Of a DNA stretch of 64,000 nt, positions 59,252-64,000 are shown one piece after another. The stretch covers positions 384,001 through 448,000 of the forward strand of contig OZ257142.1 in NCBI GenBank assembly GCA_965279035.1, written 5' to 3'. Source of the DNA: Bacteroidia bacterium. Its GTDB lineage: Bacteria; Bacteroidota; Bacteroidia; M30B66. The notes under the pieces were generated by a model, which searched no databases, had not been told where the DNA came from, and saw only the letters and a program-made list of their open reading frames with translations. Positions within the stretch are counted from its first letter, which is position 1; every line of letters begins with the position of its first letter. The translations under genes were made by a program, and so were the position numbers.

Positions 59252-62200
59252 ATGAAAGTTTGGTCGAAATTTGTTTTTTCCCTCATCGTTGGGATGATCT
59301 CTTTTTCAATGCCTTTGTTGGCAGGTGGAGAGATAGCGAATGCAGGTTCGGACCAAGTAATTTGCACTAATTCAGTTACTCTAGCAGGAAATGCCCCAGT
59401 TATTTACACTGGTTTATGGACGGTAGTTACCGGAACGGGAAGCTTTTCTGACGCAAACGATCCGAGTACAAGTGTCAGCAACCTCGATATTGGTGAGACA
59501 ATTCTCGTTTGGGAATTCTATCAAGTGGATGTGCTGATTTCATCCGACACGGTTAAAATTACCGTTCAAGAACCACCAATCGCATCTGCCGGAATTGACC
59601 AAACCATTTGTTCTTCTTCGGCAAATTTAGATGCCGTTCCTGCAACAAACGGAAGCTGGGCACTTATGTCTGGTGCTGGAACATTGGCAGATAATACTTT
59701 GGCAAATACTGCTGTTTCGGATTTGGCTGTTGGTGAAAATGTGTTTCGTTGGACGGTTCCAGGAGGTGCTTGTGCCGATGCATTTGATGAAGTTTCCGTA
59801 TTTCAGGATTCTCCACCAACAAGTTCTGTCGCCGGTTCAGATCAAACCATTTGTTCAACATCTACAACATTGGATGCCAACTTCGCACTCGTTGGCGGAG
59901 GACAATGGATCGTCATCACAGGAACTGGAAATTTTACTTTTGATGCCGATCCTCAAACGGTTGTAAGCGGGCTTTCCACAGGTATCAACACTTTCCGTTG
60001 GACAATTAGCAATGGCGTGTGTGCTTCTTCGACGGATGATGTGAACATCACAGTTCAATCGCCTCCAACAACCCCTAATGCCGGAACGGATCAAACCATT
60101 TGTTCCTCTTCGGCAATTTTAGATGCCGTTCCTGCAACAAACGGAAGCTGGGCGCTTATGTCAGGTGCTGGAACTTTGGCTGATAATACATTGGCCAGTA
60201 CAGCTGTTTCGAATTTGATTCTTGGTGAAAATGTGTTTCGGTGGACGGTTCCTGGAGGTGCTTGTGCCGATGCATTTGATGAAGTTTCCATATTTCAGGA
60301 TGCGCCACCAACTAATTCTTCTGCCGGTTCAGATCAAACCATTTGTTCAACATCCACAACATTGGATGCCAACTTCGCATTCGTTGGCGGAGGACAATGG
60401 AGCGTCATTGCTGGAACTGGAAATTTTACTTTTGATGCCGATCCTCAAACCTTCGTCAGCGGACTTTCCACAGGTATCAACACTTTCCGTTGGACAATAA
60501 GCAACGGTGTTTGTGCAGCTTCGACGGATGATGTGAACATCACAGTTCAATCTCCTCCAACAACTCCTAATGCAGGAACAGATCAAACCATTTGTTCCTC
60601 TTCAACTACACTTAACGCAACCGCCGCAAGTGGAGGAAGTTGGACACTCATAAGCGGAAGCGGAACATTGGCCAATGCTTCTTCTGCAACATCAAGTGTT
60701 TCTGGACTTTCCACTGGTGTGAATGTGATTCGCTGGACAGTTCCTGGAGGTACTTGTTCCGATGTGTTTGATGAAGTAAGCATCACTGTTGATGCACCAC
60801 CAACAAGTTCAGCAGCAGGTTCAGACCAATCCATTTGCTCAACAACAGCAACACTTTCAGGAAATACACCAAGTTCAGGAACGGGACTTTGGTCGGTTAT
60901 TACTGGAACCGCTTTATTCAACAATGCGACTAGTCCTAGCACTTCCGTTTCTGGTTTATCGGTTGGAATAAACGTGCTTCGCTGGACAATCTCCAATGGA
61001 ACCTGTACACCATCGAGCGACGATATTACTATTACCGTTGATAATAATCCAGCTAGCCCCAATGCAGGGATCGATCAAACACTGTGTGCTTCTTCCACCA
61101 ACTTAGCTGCAACTCCAGCAACAGGCGGTGCTTGGACGCTTGTAAGTGGAAGCGGAACGATAGCAAATGCATCTTCTGCAACCTCTGGTGTAACAGGACT
61201 TTCCAATGGAGTGAATGTGTTTCGATGGACGATTCCGGGTGGTGCTTGTGGGAATGTAAGCGATGATGTGAGCATTACCGTTGATCAATCTCCAACAACA
61301 TCTCAAGCCGGTTCAGATCAAACCATTTGTACAACTTCAACAACATTGAACGCCAACACAGCACTCGTTGGAACTGGACAATGGAGCATTATTACAGGAA
61401 GTGGAACATTCGTTTCAAATTCCAATCCTCTAACAGCAGTCAGCGGACTTTCCACTGGACTCAACACTTTCCGTTGGACAATAAGCAATGGTGTTTGTAC
61501 TGCATCAACCGATGATGTAAGCATCACCGTTCAATCTCCACCTTCAACACCGAATGCGGGAACGGATCAAACCATCTGTTCATCTTCTGCTACGCTCAAT
61601 GCAACAGCTGCAAGTGGTGGTCATTGGACCGTAATCAGCGGTAGCGGAAATTTTAGTAATGCAAATCTGGCAAACACGAATGTTACCGGACTTTCCAATG
61701 GAGCAAATGTGTTTCGTTGGACTGTATCGAGTGGTGTTTGTGCCGACGTAAGCGATGATGTTACAATCACCGTTGACACACCACCAACAAGTTCTTCAGC
61801 TGGTTCAGACCAATCCATTTGCTCAACAACAGCAACACTTTCAGGCAACACACCAAGTTCAGGAACGGGACTTTGGTCGGTTATAACTGGTACAGCATTA
61901 TTCAACAATGCGACGAATCCTAGCACTTCCGTTTCGGGATTATCTGTTGGAGTGAACGTGCTTCGCTGGACAATCTCCAACGGGACTTGCACACCTTCGA
62001 GCGATGATGTTACGATAACTGTTGACAATAATCCACTTAGTCCGAATGCTGGTTCTGACCAACAACTCTGCGCTTCATCCACCAGCTTAGCAGCAACTCC
62101 AGCAACCGGCGGCGCTTGGACATTAGTAAGCGGAAGCGGAACTCTGGCTAACGCATCTTCTGCAACTTCAGGAATAACTGGACTTTCCAACGGAGTAAAT

Positions 62201-64000
62201 GTGTTTCGCTGGACGATTCCAGGTGGTGCATGTGGGGATGTTTTTGATGAAGTGAGCATCACAGTGTATGCTGCTCCAACAAGTTCCTCTGCTGGTTCAG
62301 ACCAGTCGATTTGTTCAACAACAGCAACACTTTCAGGGAATACTCCAAGTTCGGGAACTGGACTTTGGTCAGTTATTACCGGAACCGCTTTATTCAACAA
62401 TGCAACGAGTCCAAGCACTTCCGTTTCAGGATTATCGATTGGAGTGAATGTGCTTCGCTGGACAATCTCCAACGGAACATGCGCTCCATCGAGCGATGAT
62501 ATTACTATTACCGTTGATAATAATCCAGCTAGTCCCAATGCTGGTATAGATCAAACTCTGTGTGCTTCATCCACCAACTTAGCAGCAACACCAGCAACAG
62601 GCGGCGCTTGGACACTTGTAAGTGGAAGCGGAACGATAGCAAATGCAACTTCTGCAACATCGGGTGTAACTGGACTTTCCAATGGAGTGAATGTGTTTCG
62701 TTGGACGATTCCAGGTGGTGCTTGTGGTAATGTTTCAGATGACTTGAGCATCACGGTGTATGCTGCTCCAACAAGTTCCTCTGCTGGTTCAGACCAGTCG
62801 ATTTGTTCAACAACAGCAACACTTTCAGGGAATACTCCAAGTTCGGGAACTGGGCTTTGGTCGGTAATTACTGGAACAGCATTATTCAACAATGCGACGA
62901 ATCCTAGTACTTCCGTTTCGGGATTATCGGTTGGAGTGAACGTGCTTCGCTGGACAATCTCCAATGGAACTTGCACTCCATCGAGCGATGATATTACCAT
63001 CACCGTTGATAATAATCCTGTAAGTCCCAATGCTGGAATCGATCAAACACTGTGTGCTTCATCCACCAACTTAGCAGCAACACCAGCAACAGGCGGCGCT
63101 TGGACACTCTTAAGCGGAAGTGGAACACTGGCAAATGCATCTTCAGCAAACTCTAGTGTAACGGGACTTTCAGTTGGTGTGAATGTATTCCGTTGGACGA
63201 TTCCGGGCGGTGCTTGTGGGAATGTAAGTGATGATGTAAGCATTACCGTTGATCAATCTCCAACAAGTTCTCAAGCTGGATTAGATCAAACCATTTGTGC
63301 AACTTCAACAACATTGGGAGCTAATACAGCACTCATTGGAACAGGGCAATGGAGCGTAATCTCCGGCAGCGGAACTTTCGTTTCGAATTCCAATCCTCTA
63401 ACAGCTATCAGCGGACTTTCCAATGGCATCAACACCTTCCGATGGACAATTAGCAATGGTGTGTGCACTTCTTCTACGGATGATGTGAGCATCACCGTTC
63501 AAACTCCTCCAACAACTCCAAATGCGGGTACTGATCAAGCCATCTGTTCTTCTTCAGCTACGCTCAATGCAACAGCTGCAAGTGGTGGTCATTGGACCAT
63601 AATCAGTGGTAGCGGAAATTTCAGTAATTCAAATTTGGCAAACACGAATGTTACCGGACTTTCCAATGGAGCAAATGTGTTTCGTTGGACTGTTTCGAGC
63701 GGCGTTTGTGCCGATGTAAGCGATGATGTTACAATCACCGTTGACACACCACCAACAAGTTCTTCAGCTGGTTCAGACCAATCCATTTGCTCAACAACAG
63801 CAACACTTTCAGGCAACACTCCAAGTTCAGGAACAGGACTTTGGTCGGTAATTACTGGAACAGCATTATTCAACAATGCTACGAATCCAAGCACGTCCGT
63901 TTCAGGATTATCTGTTGGAGTGAACGTGCTTCGCTGGACAATCTCCAACGGGACTTGCACACCTTCGAGCGATGATGTTACGATAACTGTTGACAATAAT
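59252..64000 (+). CDS. Second giant PKD-like repeat surface protein, 3'-truncated by the window and absent from the ORF track
   Basis: ATG 59252 gives MKVWSKFVFSLIVGMISFSMPLLA-GGEIANAGSDQVIC...; the same frame reads ...PSSDDVTITVDNN at 64000 (1583 codons); 19 repeat domains lie in the window. Confidence 0.9.
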   Translation, partial: MKVWSKFVFSLIVGMISFSMPLLAGGEIANAGSDQVICTNSVTLAGNAPVIYTGLWTVVTGTGSFSDANDPSTSVSNLDIGETILVWEFYQVDVLISSDTVKITVQEPPIASAGIDQTICSSSANLDAVPATNGSWALMSGAGTLADNTLANTAVSDLAVGENVFRWTVPGGACADAFDEVSVFQDSPPTSSVAGSDQTICSTSTTLDANFALVGGGQWIVITGTGNFTFDADPQTVVSGLSTGINTFRWTISNGVCASSTDDVNITVQSPPTTPNAGTDQTICSSSAILDAVPATNGSWALMSGAGTLADNTLASTAVSNLILGENVFRWTVPGGACADAFDEVSIFQDAPPTNSSAGSDQTICSTSTTLDANFAFVGGGQWSVIAGTGNFTFDADPQTFVSGLSTGINTFRWTISNGVCAASTDDVNITVQSPPTTPNAGTDQTICSSSTTLNATAASGGSWTLISGSGTLANASSATSSVSGLSTGVNVIRWTVPGGTCSDVFDEVSITVDAPPTSSAAGSDQSICSTTATLSGNTPSSGTGLWSVITGTALFNNATSPSTSVSGLSVGINVLRWTISNGTCTPSSDDITITVDNNPASPNAGIDQTLCASSTNLAATPATGGAWTLVSGSGTIANASSATSGVTGLSNGVNVFRWTIPGGACGNVSDDVSITVDQSPTTSQAGSDQTICTTSTTLNANTALVGTGQWSIITGSGTFVSNSNPLTAVSGLSTGLNTFRWTISNGVCTASTDDVSITVQSPPSTPNAGTDQTICSSSATLNATAASGGHWTVISGSGNFSNANLANTNVTGLSNGANVFRWTVSSGVCADVSDDVTITVDTPPTSSSAGSDQSICSTTATLSGNTPSSGTGLWSVITGTALFNNATNPSTSVSGLSVGVNVLRWTISNGTCTPSSDDVTITVDNNPLSPNAGSDQQLCASSTSLAATPATGGAWTLVSGSGTLANASSATSGITGLSNGVNVFRWTIPGGACGDVFDEVSITVYAAPTSSSAGSDQSICSTTATLSGNTPSSGTGLWSVITGTALFNNATSPSTSVSGLSIGVNVLRWTISNGTCAPSSDDITITVDNNPASPNAGIDQTLCASSTNLAATPATGGAWTLVSGSGTIANATSATSGVTGLSNGVNVFRWTIPGGACGNVSDDLSITVYAAPTSSSAGSDQSICSTTATLSGNTPSSGTGLWSVITGTALFNNATNPSTSVSGLSVGVNVLRWTISNGTCTPSSDDITITVDNNPVSPNAGIDQTLCASSTNLAATPATGGAWTLLSGSGTLANASSANSSVTGLSVGVNVFRWTIPGGACGNVSDDVSITVDQSPTSSQAGLDQTICATSTTLGANTALIGTGQWSVISGSGTFVSNSNPLTAISGLSNGINTFRWTISNGVCTSSTDDVSITVQTPPTTPNAGTDQAICSSSATLNATAASGGHWTIISGSGNFSNSNLANTNVTGLSNGANVFRWTVSSGVCADVSDDVTITVDTPPTSSSAGSDQSICSTTATLSGNTPSSGTGLWSVITGTALFNNATNPSTSVSGLSVGVNVLRWTISNGTCTPSSDDVTITVDNN
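59597..64000 (+). repeat. 492-bp (81+83 aa) tandem unit, nine copies, with 1968-bp higher-order similarity
   Basis: DQ codons recur at 59597, 60089, 60581 ... 63533; shadow ORFs in the track recur at offsets of 492 and 1968. Confidence 0.92.

Noticed and set aside
60583-63996. Recurrent minus-strand ORFs of up to 305 aa
   Set aside because: Antisense shadows of the repetitive adhesin; they recur only because the DNA repeats.
1-64000. Defence systems, integrases, IS elements, reverse transcriptases/DGR, tRNA or rRNA genes
   Set aside because: No supporting motifs or structures seen; the adhesin repeat differences are not adenine-specific and no RT is present.

Overview
Chromosomal window from a free-living Bacteroidota bacterium, judged from the SusC/SusD pair, type IX secretion (T9SS) cargo and components, and TAnnTTTG promoters. 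I found no rRNA, tRNA, CRISPR array, transposase or phage gene. From left to right: the 3' part of mnmG followed by a parS-like site and a methyltransferase (probably near the origin); an alpha-glucan utilisation locus (GH13 amylase, SusC, SusD, two accessory proteins, and a divergent non-catalytic CBM-repeat protein); housekeeping, amino-acid catabolism and stress genes (nhaD, ALDH7, ArsC/Spx, propeller-PP2C sensor, gcdH, dps, kbl, AKR, ptrB, korAB, scoAB); a sprE-bactofilin-atpZ/I-PBP1A cluster opposite an M23 peptidase; and a T9SS type-B adhesin locus (3010-aa adhesin, PorP/SprF, PorE-like protein). A second giant adhesin, missing from the ORF track, starts at 59252 and runs off the window. 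Most notable observations: (1) the cysteine pattern at the ends of the adhesin repeat runs implies inter-domain, chain-link disulfides; (2) a two-copy intergenic structured element shows compensatory base changes; (3) an unannotated 49-aa basic ORF carries an ArfA-like YxRKxKH motif. All product calls come from recognising motifs by eye; no database searches were run.
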